A stretch of DNA of 62,703 nt, the filler included, from Nemertoderma westbladi (Eukaryota > Animalia > Xenacoelomorpha): assembly GCA_032718475.1 (NCBI GenBank). It is 3 parts of 3 records of this genome, joined end to end, with 100 filler letters (N's around TTAATTAATTAA, not from the genome) between each part and the next. Parts side by side here need not be neighbours in the genome. Positions count along the whole stretch, not along the records: positions 26,193 to 57,555 come from JAUCBJ010000258.1; 2 more parts are not named here. One strand, given 5' to 3'. Numbering within the stretch: the stretch's first letter is position 1; each line of letters starts with the position of its first letter. Both the position numbers and the translations under genes were made by a program. Positions 26,193-39,245 of the stretch are shown here, one piece after another. A model generated the notes under the pieces. The model was not told the origin of the DNA. It searched no databases and saw only the letters and a list, made by a program, of their open reading frames with translations.

Positions 26193-27822
26193 TACCCAAG
26201 TCTGTGCTAGTTAGCTGTCTTTTAACAGCTGGGGGCAAATCAGGCAATTTGCGACGGTAATATGTTTTTCTACGCCTACTTAGATGAGATCTATTTCCTC
26301 CGCCTTCAGGATCGGTAGTATCGCCTTCCTCCGAGGATGTGTATCCCTGGCGCTTGGGAGTAGATTTTCTCATCATCTGCATTTGATTAGCAGTAAACTG
26401 TTTATTTATACTGTCTTGTGTCTCTTGCAGATTTTCCAACTCCAGTTGGGTTGTCTGCTCAGAGGCTCTCCGTTCTGCTTCGGCCACTGCCCTTTCCGCC
26501 TTTGCTTCTGCCGCTGCTGCCTTTCTTTTTGCTTCTGCCGCTGCTGCCCTTCCTTTTGCTTCTGCTTCTGCCGCTGCTGCCCTTCTTTCTGCTTCTGCTT
26601 CTGCCGCCGCTGCCTTTCTTTCTGCTTCTGCTTCTGCCGTAGCCGCCGCCTTTTGTTCCTCTATCCTTCTTTTCTTTATTTGTTCTTCTCGGACTCTAGT
26701 GAGGCGGAGTTTTTCTTCACATTCAGCTTGGTTTGCAGCTAACATTTCGGCATCGATTGAGTCCAACACAAGCTTGGTTCCTTCACTATTAGGGGAAAGT
26801 CCAGACAGCCGTCTCCTCAACTCTTCGTCTCCTAGGAATCGCTGATAGTCGGACAAATAAATGTCGATAGCGTCTCTAGTTCGCGGTTCCTCGGCGGCCT
26901 CTTCGCTTTTCGCTTGAGAAAGGGTGACATCAGTTGGTTCTTCATAGGTTGATCTCTCAGCCAGCTGGGATTTCCACTGGGCCGTTTCCTGGACTTTGAG
27001 ATCTACCCGATGTAACCAAGTTTTGACAGCAACCTGCAGCGACGTGTCCTGTCTTCTTTTGGAAGTTTCCTCAAAGGCTGAGAGGATTAGTCGTATGCGT
27101 AGGGTTCTTTCGCGTATTTGATATAGCAGGTCTTCCTGCTCTTGAGGTCCGTGAGGTTGTCGAAACAGTTGTTCTTCCAATCGATCCAAGGATCCGAAGA
27201 ATCCCTGCACATATCCTGCTGCCGACCTCTTCCAAACAGCTGGATCCATTGTATCTTTAGCCACTCCCATCCTGTGTATATCTTCCCAAGTAGCCTCGGA
27301 CAGATCCAACGGAAGTCCGTGTCCGGGAAAGTTCCATTGTGATTCAACAATAGATATCAATTCTTCCCTGGCGTATCCCGCGTAATTATCTTGGGTCGCT
27401 CGCTTATTCTTCGCCCAGTCGGCTTGATGTTCCTCCACCGCAATGAATATAGTAGTTAGCACTGCAGCAGGAAGAGTAAGAAGGGGGTCCGAGTAGACTG
27501 TATCAGCCATCTGCACTCCATGTTCGGGAGTCAGCTCTACAGTATCCGAACTGCTGGAGCTATCGGGCCGCTGGGAAGTAGGTTCTTGACCAAGATGTTG
27601 CTGCGATAGGACAACTGCCTCTTGGTCCCGTTTTACCTGTGCCCGAGTGCCTATGATGGACCTATGGTGGACTAGCCTAGGGTCTGATACTACTGGAGGG
27701 ATGACCTTTTTTACAGTAGGAGGTGAGCCGAACTCCTTTCTTATTCGCTCCACACTCCTATCTGAATCACAGATAGTTGTATCGATCAGACTGTCTGACA
27801 GGTTTTGCTGAGTGTCAGACAT
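26193..27822 (-). CDS. Partial intronless ORF of more than 540 aa with an Ala/Glu-rich coiled coil; possibly the gag/ORF1 of a retroelement
   Basis: Uninterrupted ORF running into the gap; (AAAAEAEAERK)n repeats, then acidic Ser-rich and basic segments. Preceded by about 3 kb of non-coding DNA with internal direct repeats. No zinc knuckle or RT is visible. Confidence 0.6.
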
Positions 27823-27899
27823 GTTTAGCTATACAGTTGAAGGCTTACTGCTATGGTTACAGTTAAAGCAAGTCTAGTAATTCAGTATGACCACTGGCC

Positions 27900-28178
27900 T
27901 AGTACCGGTAATTTATTGCAGTATATTATAATACCGGTATGCACTTATAATATATATAAGTATTGTAAACTAGGTTTGTCACAGAGTACCGGTATATAAA
28001 TTTAACACAGATATATATAAATATATAATAGGCCTATCTTGAATACCGGTATACAGCTTACACTTATAGTATATATAAGTATAATTATGAACTAGAATTA
28101 ATTACAGAGTACCGGTATGATTTCAGCTCAAATTTATAGAAATAAATATAATAAGCCTATGGTAAGTACCGGTATGTC
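27900..28178. repeat. Degenerate about 120-bp tandem duplication rich in TACCGGTA
   Basis: ataccggtat..cacttata..tatataagtat..actag..cacagagtaccggtat..gcctat pattern occurs twice. Confidence 0.65.
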
Positions 28179-29156
28179 AATTATTTTTAGAATAATTGAA
28201 TTCCTGAATATTTTAGGGTTACTTAGTTACTTTAACTTACTTTATTACCGTTATTTAAGCGGTAGTCCAACTGATAGTGAGACCTAGTTGTTGTATGGCA
28301 GGCCTACTATTTATAAATCGTTTGATTTGATTTATAATATTTATATACCCGTTTATATGGGTTTTTGTCAATATTTGAAATAAATGTTATTATTTCTGGG
28401 GGAGTCACTACACAGAAGCTGAACGCCTCTCAGTGAAGTGCTATTTATTTGACACTAAAACTGATAATTCTAATTTACCTAAGTTACTTAATACTACAAA
28501 TTACTTACGATACGGGTGAGATTAATTCTCTAATTAAACACAACAAAATATTACGTACGAAATTTTTAGGGTAATTTTACAGGAAACTACAAACCAGCCT
28601 AACAAAGGGTTAGAATTTCTGGTTATTACAACGGACAGGGTACTACGGTATTTGAAATAATAAGTAGTAAATATATTGTACTGTCCAGATAGGAAAATAC
28701 CACCGCTTGACAACCTATAACCGTATCGCTATAGGTACTACGTTATGTATCACGGATTGTTCCTACCCAGAAGCTAATAGAGCTAACGAATGTGCCTATC
28801 AACCACTTTACAACACAAATATACTGCTACACTAATTACTTCGGAAAGCACTGTACACTAAACCCTAAATTAGGTACAAGTACCGGTATAACAAATAATC
28901 AGTAGTTAAATATACTTGAACAGTTAAAAGAACCACGGCATCTGCTGGAGTGACCGAAGCACAAAATCTCCAGTCTTTACCTACGCCGAGCAGCCCTGAT
29001 GTAGTACCGGGGTTAGTTTAACTATAACGGTATGTATAACAAGCACAATTACTGTAGGAATAAACTTGGGGACATGAATGTTGCGAATAATCGCATAAAC
29101 TCTGAATAATAAATATTACGCTACCCGTAAAGAATTCTCAAACAAATACAAACCAA

Positions 29157-29670
29157 ACGCTGGCAAACTACTATCAAGCCTAAACAAACTACAGTATGTG
29201 CAGATTCTGAAACTGTTAGTTAGTATGCGTTCCAACACGGTAGTACGACTTACTCTTTAAGAGGGGATTGACCTTACAGCTTATGGCTGCCCCAACTTAC
29301 TAACGGCACTTTATCAGACCAACTCTACACACGCAGCAATCCCTTCAGACCTAAAAATAGCTAGACAACAATCCAGCCTACAAATATTTGAGTAATAACT
29401 ATTACGGTACCTGAACAGACCACACAAACAAACACAGGCTAAAACACTGGCAGACTACGATCAAGCCTAAATAAACTACAGTATATGCAGACTCTGAAAC
29501 TGTTAGTTAGTATGCGTTCTAACACGGTAGTACGACTTATTCTTTAAGAGGGGATTGACCTTACCGCATATGGCTGCCCCAACTTACTAACGGCACTTTA
29601 TCAGACAAACTCTACACACGCCGTAATCTCTCCAAACTCAACAACAGTCAGACAGCAGCTCAGCCTACAA
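29157..29670. repeat. Direct repeat of about 200 bp, offset 287 bp
   Basis: tggcaaactactatcaagcctaa...ctctacacacgc at 29161 recurs at 29448 with scattered substitutions. Confidence 0.85.
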
Positions 29671-31438
29671 TTATCTGAACAATCTGAGCAGGGTCACACG
29701 CCTTCTGCTCAATATTAGCCTACTAGGAAATAAAACCGACAGAAATAGGTAAAATCTCAATAAAAATTCAGGGCTGCAGTCCCTGATTAAGTACTAAGAC
29801 CTACCAGTATACAATAATCAAAATCGAATAATACTAAATGTACTTGTACAGCAGTACCGGTACCGGTGATGACAGTTAGGCCTACTGACCTACAGAAGTA
29901 CCGGTTCAGTTTTACCAGTCACTACGGTATTTTGCAACCTTATTGCCTACTGCAATAAGATTATAAACTGTTACTGTTCGCGCTTTTGAAGACCTTTAGC
30001 AGTTTAACCTGCCAAAATTTATATGTCTTTTAGTTAATTAAAACACCTTTAGCATACGACAACAATTTATGCTAATACACAAAACATTAGCCGAAGTCAG
30101 CCCATGCGCGATCATTCACCCGATGGATCTACACCCGGGAGGCTGAATTCGGATGCTTAAATTTTATTATTGCAGTGTAAGGTTGCAGTGTAAACTTACT
30201 GTATTATTCGATAGATCGTTAATAATTAATCTCTGACAGATATTATTGGCTTTCGGGAAATATTAACAGTTCCTTTAGGACGTGGCGCTCTATCTATTTA
30301 AACAGAACTAGGACTTATACTAAACGCAACGATACTGCTTATGATTAAAGTATAAAGCGCATTCTTTAGGAAATACTTTGTTACCAATCACAATCATACA
30401 CACTATTCTGCCGACAGTCAGTATATTTGATCACACATAAAGAGAGCAGTAATTGACTCATGTAGGGTCTGCTAAATAACATTAGATTCAATACACACCA
30501 CATTAATATAAATCGCAATTGTTATATATAGCCCGCCTCTCTAACCTGTAGTGTATCAAGAAAATTGGGAAATTTGGGTGATTTATCCGTATTATCCAAA
30601 GAGCAATATTTCCATCAACAAATAGGTACAATTAATAACTGACGGTAAAATAACAGTACAAACAATATGATTAATGCAGTTAAATTAAGTGAGTATATTA
30701 AGATGCGTTAAGTAGTTAATTAGGTAACAGTTTATACTTTCGATAATTCAAGCAGTTTTACTAGAGTTCTTCCCAAAAAGCCGGTGTTATGGCGAAAAAT
30801 GGGAACACAACAACAGAATCATATAAAATCATATGACTACTACTACTATACGAGTATACCAAAAACTCTTATTCCCCGAAGCTCCGTTCAACACAGAGGA
30901 TGAGCATAGAGATAGGAAATTCAGTTCAGTAGCGCTGGGATAGGTCAAAATCAACGCCTACGCAAATTCTATTGGCCGATACGGACAGCAAGGCTAAAGC
31001 AACCTCTCTAAGCTAGTTGGCCGATTAAACTGAGCCCAGATATCTCCGTATAGCACATCAGCCAATAAGCTGGTAGCTTGCACTATTTTAGTTATAAATC
31101 CCTTTGAGAGTATTCTAGCGACTGGGGGGGAACTGGCCAGCAAAGGCAAACGTATCAGTTATCCCACAAAAGCTTTTACACTCACAGAGTAATTACAATA
31201 ATTTACATGTTTCACATTGGTTTGATAGTAGCATTTTACAGTTTGCTTAACCTTATGTTGGTCATTAGAAAGCATTTAGTGTGAGAATAAAAATAAAGGT
31301 ACGGAGAAAATAAAAAGATCACCATTTATTGTTATTTTGCAACAAGTATTTTTGACATTTTATAAAAAAATGCGATAGTTGATAAAAACTGCAAGATTAT
31401 ATGATTATACTGAAAATATGTGTAAATTAGGTTCCCTT

Positions 31439-31818
31439 TTACGCGGAGCAACTTTCGTTTCTTAAACAAACGTTTCTCTGTTTTAGGAGGTCAGCAATAA
31501 GTTGATGGGCACCTTCAGAAACATTGCGAAACAAAAGTGTGAGTATATTACAGCAACAAGTTGCTCCGTGTGATGTGGGGGCCTTAGAGTCTAAGGTGAA
31601 AATTATTTATTTTCTAGTCCAATCTTGTATGTTTGTCCATTTTTTAATAACTAAAATAATATTTTTCTCACCAGCACTTATTTCCAAAGTTGAACCAACG
31701 ATATTATCTATTTGATCCATCAGTTCCCCGCAGTGATTCTCCGCCATTCTCGAAATTCTTTCATCTTCTTTGAGATATTTCAAGAAGAATCTCACCTTCG
31801 GGATGATGCTTAATAATT
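31439..31818 (-). CDS. Last two exons (31818-31672, 31590-31439) of an unknown protein-coding gene
   Basis: tttttag|147-nt exon|gtgaga (phase 1-1), then caccttag|exon ending TAA at 31441-31439. Reads LLSIIPKVRFFLKYLKEDER...NESCSA*. AATAAA about 110 nt downstream. Candidate upstream exons near 31949-31985, 32392-32447 and 32727-32780 are unresolved. Confidence 0.55.
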
Positions 31819-32641
31819 CTAAAAACAAAATGAAGATGTTTTGAATTGTAAATGATTTTTTATCCGAAATGGGAATATTTATTATGTAATGAAGTATAAT
31901 ACGATGTGCGGGTATATAAAGTAGAGCTATATTATGGTAGGTTTATACGCCTGGTGAAATTCCAACGGCGTCCATACGATACAACCTAGGAGTTATAGTG
32001 ATGGTCCCCTCCCTACCGATATACGATGTTACAAATAAGCAGCACCAAGTGACCCTAACACAACCAATACAACTGGACATTGGGTAGTAGCATAGTAGCG
32101 CACATTGGGGCGCATATTGTGGCGCACATAGTGGCGCATATTGTGGCGCACATAGTGGCGTATATCTCCTGCACAAATTGGTTGCATATGAAATAATGTT
32201 TTGTTTATTGTTTTGGTTAGAAAACATCTCCACTGTAATCTACTTCTCCCTTCCCTCCCTTAATGTTTTGAATTATGTTACATAAATTTTTAAACCCACT
32301 AAACACAATATTAGTGTTTCAAGTCTATTTGCGGCCCATTTGAATTATAGAAGACTTTCTGCTGATATATTTCCCTATGCAGTTTATTTACCCTCTTCTG
32401 AAAAATACCAGGTTCTCACTAAAACCCGGGTTGCAGAAGAGTTGAATCTAACCAAAACAATAAGCTAATTACTATCTGTACAGGTTGAGATAGAAATAAG
32501 TGCAATAAAAGAAAAAATATACTAATTCCTCTTACATAATATAATAAATACCAATAAAATTTCGACAGAAAATCGAAAATCCATTGTTCATAATTAGCAC
32601 TTTAACAGTTTTACGGCCCTTGTTTTGTAATTTCCCTCGCG

Positions 32642-32655
32642 GTCGCTAGGGAAAC
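32642..32655. promoter_or_regulatory. Candidate RFX X-box
   Basis: GTCGCTAGGGAAAC (reverse complement GTTTCCCTAGCGAC) resembles the RFX X-box consensus GTTNCCATGGNAAC. Confidence 0.3.
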
Positions 32656-33233
32656 AAAATGACGCCATGAAGTGCCGTATAGTATACCGGTATTCAGTAA
32701 TGTTTATGTAGTACATTCATTCTTACCTTTGCATTGAGTTTTAGTGCACATGTCGCCAATGTTAGATTACAGGTTCAAACCTGCAAGGTTTTAACAGTCA
32801 GAACACAAAAAACAGTTGAGATTGCCCGCCAACACTCTAAAGGGGCACAAATTATTTAAGTAATTCTAGTCACTAGTCAGCAGTATCAGTAAATCTTTAA
32901 GCCGCTATAAAGGAAGGACTTCTTAGGGGTGCGAATTGAATACATTTACGTTAAAGTTGTAGTCAAACAGGACAAACTGCCAGTATCCTTCACCTGACAC
33001 TCTGAATGGAGTAATTTCCAAGATCAAGAGACTGTAGTGATGTCCTTGCGTTTCGCATAAGCGCTTATCTATGGTAGTTGTGTTCGGTTTGTGATCATTG
33101 ATCAATCATTGTGATCATTTAATGTATTTTTTGGGGTTTAGCTTTGATTTAGATTGGAATGTGAGTCCTTAGTTTTGCACTTTTTTTTTACATGTACAAT
33201 TTTTGTCTCTTTTGAATTTTCAACAGCTTTCCT

Positions 33234-33650
33234 ATTGTGGTCAGGGTTACCCCTTGTGGTCAGGGTTACCCCTTGTGGTCATGGTTACCCCTTGTGGTCA
33301 GGGTTACCGCTTGAGGTCAGGGTGACCCTTTCTGGTCTGCTGACCAATTGTTATCATGGTGACCCATTCTAGTCAGGATAACCAATTGTGGTCTGGGTCA
33401 CCACTTGTGGTCAGGGTGACCAATTGAGGAGACCAATAGTGGTCTGGGTTACCCGTCGCGGAGACCCATTTTGGTCAGTGTGACACCTTGTGGTCTGGGT
33501 GACCCGTTGTGGTGACCCATTGTGGTCGGGGTTACCCCTTGTGGTCAGGGTTACCCCTTGTGGTCAGGGTGACCAATTGTAGTCAGGGCGACCCCTTGTG
33601 GTCAGGGTGACCCGTCAGGGTGACCCATTGTGGTCAGGGTGACCCATTGT
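33234..33650. repeat. Degenerate about 19-bp minisatellite (about 20 copies)
   Basis: ttgtggtcagggttacccc and variants. Confidence 0.85.
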
Positions 33651-34777
33651 CATGATGTTTTGAAGGAGCAATCAGAGATAATCTTTCTTGTCGAGTAATT
33701 ATTATTTCGAAACACAAATCACAGAAAACTAACAACTAGAAAACAACCAGGTTCAGATTAATTAAAGTAGTATTAATGCAGTGTACTCTAGTAAGAATGA
33801 AACAGTTTCGACTAAATAAATAAATAAAGTGTTGTTAAACAACTTTATACTGTTTCTTAGTTAGTCAAACCGGGTTTTTTTTATATGATGGATTAAATCC
33901 ATAATAATAATAAGACATGCCAGTATCTTATAGTTTTTCTTAAATTTTTGCCAATTCTTTTAAATTTAGACCAAATCTGTCGAAACAGCTAATTAATTAA
34001 GAATTAATTAATAATTAATCAATCATTAATCACTCGAAGAAGATAAAATATAATTTAGCGAAACCTACTGAAATAAATATTACTTTCCAATTAGTTTTAT
34101 TATGATTATTAAAACATTATTGTTGCATCGCTTTTATATAATTTTTTATCAACTATTTTCTCTGTTCAACTGGTTCGAAAACTGTTCCTTCATAAAAATC
34201 AATTAAATTATTTAAATAAAAGTATATATTGTATAAGTTTATAACACTACGCGTACAGGTATTATAAATAGATTTTGTATTAGAGAATATCATATTATCA
34301 TATCTTTCTGAGCAACACAATTAATTAGATGGACTTTGTTCTCAATGATATATTAATTGATTGGCTTACTTCCGGCAACCTGATCAATATAAACCAAACC
34401 AAACTCAATGACCTTTTTATACCATAATTATGAACTTAATTTCATTATAAACATAGATCAAAGAGAATGTCGGCACACATAAGTAAAATTACATATTAAA
34501 AATACAATATATATTATTATACAATTATTTCCGATTAATACAAATTTACAATAATAATTGTAAAAATTACCAGCAGTTATGGAAAAAAATAATTATTCCA
34601 AGATAAATAAGATAAGTATTTAAATTAGATAAATCAAAAAAATAAAAATAATGCCATATTAATGTGTCATGCCAGGGATTTAATTTACGAAAACTCATAA
34701 AATAATTAGTTTATGTTGAGAAACATGATGCAACACACAATCTTATCTAGGGCCCATATATCTCTCTGTAAGACTCA

Positions 34778-34905
34778 CCTATGCCTGAGCCAAAGGATTC
34801 CTTGATACAGGCAGGTCCATGGTGCTAGTACCAACGCCACCCACGGTCTCGACTGCAACAGGCTGTACTATATAGTTCGGAGACAGGTCGCTGTATTTCC
34901 CACGT
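34778..34905 (-). mobile_element. Fragment of an RLE-type (CRE/R2-like) non-LTR retrotransposon C-terminus
   Basis: Minus-strand translation RGKYSDLSPNYIVQPVAVETVGGVG resembles the KY..L...Y...P.AVET.G..G motif at the end of restriction-like endonuclease domains. Confidence 0.5.
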
Positions 34906-35079
34906 GATTGTTCTAATCAAGGAATTTAATTGTGATGTGAATGGGATAGATAAGAAATGGATTTTTGGGGGTGACAACAAGCGAGAAAAAATAGAGAAAT
35001 GTATACAAAGGCATGGGAATGGGAAAATGATACCGCGTCAACAAAAAAACAAGGCCCGCTGCTTTAAATTCACTGCTAA

Positions 35080-36332
35080 AGCCCCGTTCACATCCAACTG
35101 TGCGTGAGCGGTAAAGTAGTCTGGCGGTATTGAAGCGCTAACACTAACACTACCTGGAGCCCGTTCACACCCAACGGTACCGTTGCGGTAACTGATTGTC
35201 TGTCTGTGGACTGTGAATTCAACAGGGAATTACATTAATAGTTTTAACATTGTTTAAATGGGCTGCGGTAAACCGCGCGGTTTAGCGCCCAACTACCTGT
35301 TGGGTCGTTCACTACTACTACTACTACTACTAGGATCGGCATGCTGCATTGCAGCTGCATTTTTAAGAATGCTGTGCCGGCTTGTCAACAAAATTGCACC
35401 GCCACAACTCCCTATCACCCATGACATTTGCTAGATCATCCGCATCTTTAAGGCCAGTGTCCTTTAAGATGCGTCTCAAGAAAGTCATGGGCTGTCCACC
35501 ATGCTTATTCACTCCATGAGGCTGCCATAGTACAAGATTATGCACTGGCTGGTCCTCACGGCGAAAGCAATGTCCTGCAAAGCGGAGGCGATTTTGTTCT
35601 AGTGTCAAGCTTGGGGGAACCAATGAGACACCTCCAATGTTATATAGTGTCTGGTTGGAGATGTGTGCATTGTACTTGACACAATGTACCCGGCGTAGCA
35701 TTCTTGTGAATGTGCCATCCAGAGATTTGGTGTCCTCAGCAGTTAGAGCCCAGCATGGACTCCCGTAGAGGAGTACTGGAACTACTGCTGCTCTAAATAA
35801 TCGGACCTTAAGTTTCCGATTAATTCTAGGTGACTTCCAAATCCTGGAAAGCCTATTCAAGGCTGCCCATGCCTTTCCCTTACGTATTCGAAGGTCCTCA
35901 CCTGACTTCCGGATCCATGATCCCAGGTAACAGAAGTCGTCCACATGCTCAAGCATACCATCCTTTGAGCTTATGCTCATCCGATCAGAGACTTGCTGAG
36001 GACTTTCAAAGTTAACTGTCAGAATTTTGGTCTTTCTGGAGTTAATAAAAAGACCAACACTAGAAGCAGCATGTTCTAATGAGCTGAGGAGCCGCTGGGC
36101 TCCCTCTAATGATTCTGAGAGTACTCCTAAGTCATCAGCAAAGTCTAGATCAGTTAGGTACTTGGCAGGATTTCCTCGACTTCTGGAGCCAGTAGGTGGA
36201 GTTATCATCACCCCATCATCGTGTCGTTCACAGCCAGCGGTGTACCGCTGGCCCTGCGGTACACCGCGCGGTGTACCGCTGGCCCTGCGGTACACCGCGC
36301 GGTGTACCGTTCCGTTGGATGTGAACGGGTCT
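35080..36332. mobile_element. Non-autonomous TIR element (PIF/Harbinger-like MITE, about 330 bp) interrupted by a LINE
   Basis: TIRs AGCCCCGTTCACATCCAAC (35080) and GTTGGATGTGAACGGGTCT (36314-36332, 1 mismatch), flanked by TAA and TTA; internal palindromic gcggtgtaccgc repeats. Confidence 0.7.
35313..36222 (-). mobile_element. Second, more 5'-truncated copy of the same RTE-like LINE
   Basis: Translation nearly identical to the C-terminal part of ORF 21932..23101. (TAG)n tail at 35312-35332; 9-bp TSD GTCGTTCAC at 35304-35312 and 36223-36231. Confidence 0.93.
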
Positions 36333-37666
36333 TTAAGGGGGTTTTGATTGGAATACGTATCACATAAACATAAACAATGACAATGAATTTCAAATTAATA
36401 ATCTGCAATTATTGTTTGTAAGAAAAGTTGCATTTATTGTCCTTTATAAATAAGTTAAAAAGGCAATTTTGTTGAAACTACATGACTTTCATTTCCAGCA
36501 TGGAGCAGCTGTAAGCAATAATATAAATTGATGTTTCATTAATCGAATTGGGAGGGCTTGGGGGTTTATTTCGTAAACTGACTTAGAAGGCGGAATTATT
36601 ACAAAAGGAGAGAAATAATTACAAGTATTGATCGCGAAATGCTATGATACATAGCCACGCATGTCGCTGCCGTGTAACCAATGATATACTGAGCATTTCA
36701 GAAACTAAAACCAGCAGTCATTTAATACACAAAGCATATTGTTTAATAAGATAATATAGGTAATATATGTGATGTGAGAGCGTAACTGGCTCATTACACA
36801 CAAATATACGACACATAGTCGTATAGAAAAGCGTTTGATGGCAGCCTTTAGTATTACAGTTAAACCGTCGTGGGGTTTACTAAACCAAATAATGACCGTA
36901 TGTAATTGCTGAGCTCACAGCTGGGCTGTTTGAATAGTATAATAATAACGGAAGCATAATACGGTAAGTAACGCGTGTATGGGGTTGGGATGTGCCCTCA
37001 ACGGGTCTGATGGTGCGCGGGTAACTATCTAATGACAGCATATGGTTGGGTTTGCGCTCGGCAAAAGATATGCTTTATAGAAGCTTTCTCAGCCTGCTGC
37101 TATGCTGGTGGTGGTTTCGGTTGGCAGCGCAGTTTGGTGCGGCTGTTGGTTTAGGGGGGGTAAAGGAGGTTCTGATTACCACAACACATTGAATCTATTG
37201 GGTACACCGACCAATAAGCGGCCCTGTGATTGTGCTGTTATAGTAACAGGTCTCTCTGCTGAATGCACATTGCTTACTTACTGTCAACTTCTTTCTTTTA
37301 TATTTAAATAAAATAAGGATAATATTTTGAATAAGAAGATTATTATTAATTTTGTTTTAATTCTATTTATTTTATTACCGTTAATTTCTAACATTCAAAT
37401 AAAATTAATAACAAAATTATAAATTAATAATAATGCCATAATAATAAAATAATAATTCGCACTGTGCAGTATACGCAAAGGGAAACAACATTATTTATCT
37501 TTCGCCAAGAAAACTTGACGCCATGCGATTGAATGTTACATTTAATACAAGAAATGTTGTTCAAGGTACACTACACTACACCCACCGACAAGTAACAAAA
37601 ATAAAAAAAGGGTTTTAACGCAGCGAGTTTTCTGCCTCTCCTAGAGGCCTTACTCAGGCTTTAAAC

Positions 37667-37840
37667 AGGGCCGGATTTAGAGTTGTGGGTGGCCTGGCTG
37701 CGCTCGGCGCCGATGTGCAAACCCCATACAGTAGAGCCCATGCCCAGGCTCCCCACAACTGACCCGGCCAGTAGTGGTGGGGGGCCTGGGCACAGGCTCA
37801 ACTGTATGGGGTTTGCACAGCACATGCGGCGCCGAGCACT
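37667..37840. mobile_element. GC-rich MITE-like remnant with an internal foldback
   Basis: Begins CAGGGCCGGATTTA (hAT-like end). gtgcaaaccccatacag..gcccaggc is inverted as gcctgggc..ctgtatggggtttgcac. Confidence 0.5.
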
Positions 37841-38085
37841 TCACAAAGACTATACTATACTGAAAGACACATTTTCTCTCGTTTTCATTACCCTAACTTT
37901 TTAATCTATTTATTGCAAATAGGCCTACCTTTCAAAAAAACCTGAATGTAGTTGTAAATATATTAGTAGGAAAGTTGAGTTAGGAAATGTTTCCTATCCA
38001 TTTTTCCGGAAATTTTCTATATATTTTCCGGAAATTTCCTATTTTATTAATTCTTTATTAAACACATTCTAAAAACATATAGTAA

Positions 38086-39245
38086 AACACAAGTAGAGTA
38101 AACACAAGAAACAAGGGATTCCCCCAACACAAGTAGAGTAAACACTAGAAACAAGGGATTCCTGCAACACAAGTAGAGTAAACACAAGAAACAAGGGATT
38201 CCTCCAACACAAGTAGAGTAAACACTAGAAACAAGGGATTCCTGCAACACAAGTAGAGTAAACACAAGAAACAAGGGATTCCCCCAACACAAGTAGAGTA
38301 AACACTAGAAACAAGGGATTCCTGCAACACAAGTAGAGTAAACACAAGAAACAAGGGATTCCCCCAACACAAGTAGAGTAAACACTAGAAACAAGGGATT
38401 CCTGCAACACAAGTAGAGTAAACACTAGAAACAAGGGATTCCTCCAACACAAGTAGAGTAAACACTAGAAACAAGGGATTCCTGCAACACAAGAAGAGTA
38501 AACACAAGAAACAAGGGATTCCTCCAACACAAGTAGAGTAAACACTAGAAACAAGGGATTCCTGCAACACAAGTAGAGTAAACACTAGAAACAAGGGATT
38601 CCTGCAACACAAGTAGAGTAAACACTAGAAACAAGGGATTCCTGCAACACAAGTAGAGTAAACACTAGAAACAAGGGATTCCTGCAACACAAGTAGAGTA
38701 AACACTAGAAACAAGGGATTCCTGCAACACAAGTAGAGTAAACACAAGAAACAAGGGATTCCTCCAACACAAGTAGAGTAAACACTAGAAACAAGGGATT
38801 CCTGCAACACAAGTAGAGTAAACACTAGAAACAAGGGATTCCTGCAACACAAGTAGAGTAAACACTAGAAACAAGGGATTCCTGCAACACAAGTAGAGTA
38901 AACACAAGAAACAAGGGATTCCCCCAACACAAGTAGAGTAAACACTAGAAACAAGGGATTCCTGCAACACAAGTAGAGTAAACACTAGAAACAAGGGATT
39001 CCTGCAACACAAGTAGAGTAAACACTAGAAACAAGGGATTCCTGCAATACAAGTAGAGTAAACACTAGAAACAAGGGATTCCTGCAACACAAGTAGAGTA
39101 AACACTAGAAACAAGGGATTCCTGCAACACAAGTAGAGTAAACACAAGAAACAAGGGATTCCTCCAACACAAGTAGAGTAAAGACTAGAAACAAGGGATT
39201 CCTGCAACACAAGTAGAGTAAACACTAGAAACAAGGGATTCCTGC
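38086..39245. repeat. 40-bp tandem array, about 29 copies (predicted 3' UTR of the 71-aa gene)
   Basis: aacacaagtagagtaaacac(t/a)agaaacaagggattcc(tg/cc/tc)c repeated; lies between the predicted stop (39246) and two minus-strand AATAAA (38043-38059). Confidence 0.95.

Noticed and set aside
30785-31200. Possible LTR (TGTTA...CA) upstream of the gag-like ORF
   Set aside because: No second copy, primer-binding site or clear polypurine tract was found.
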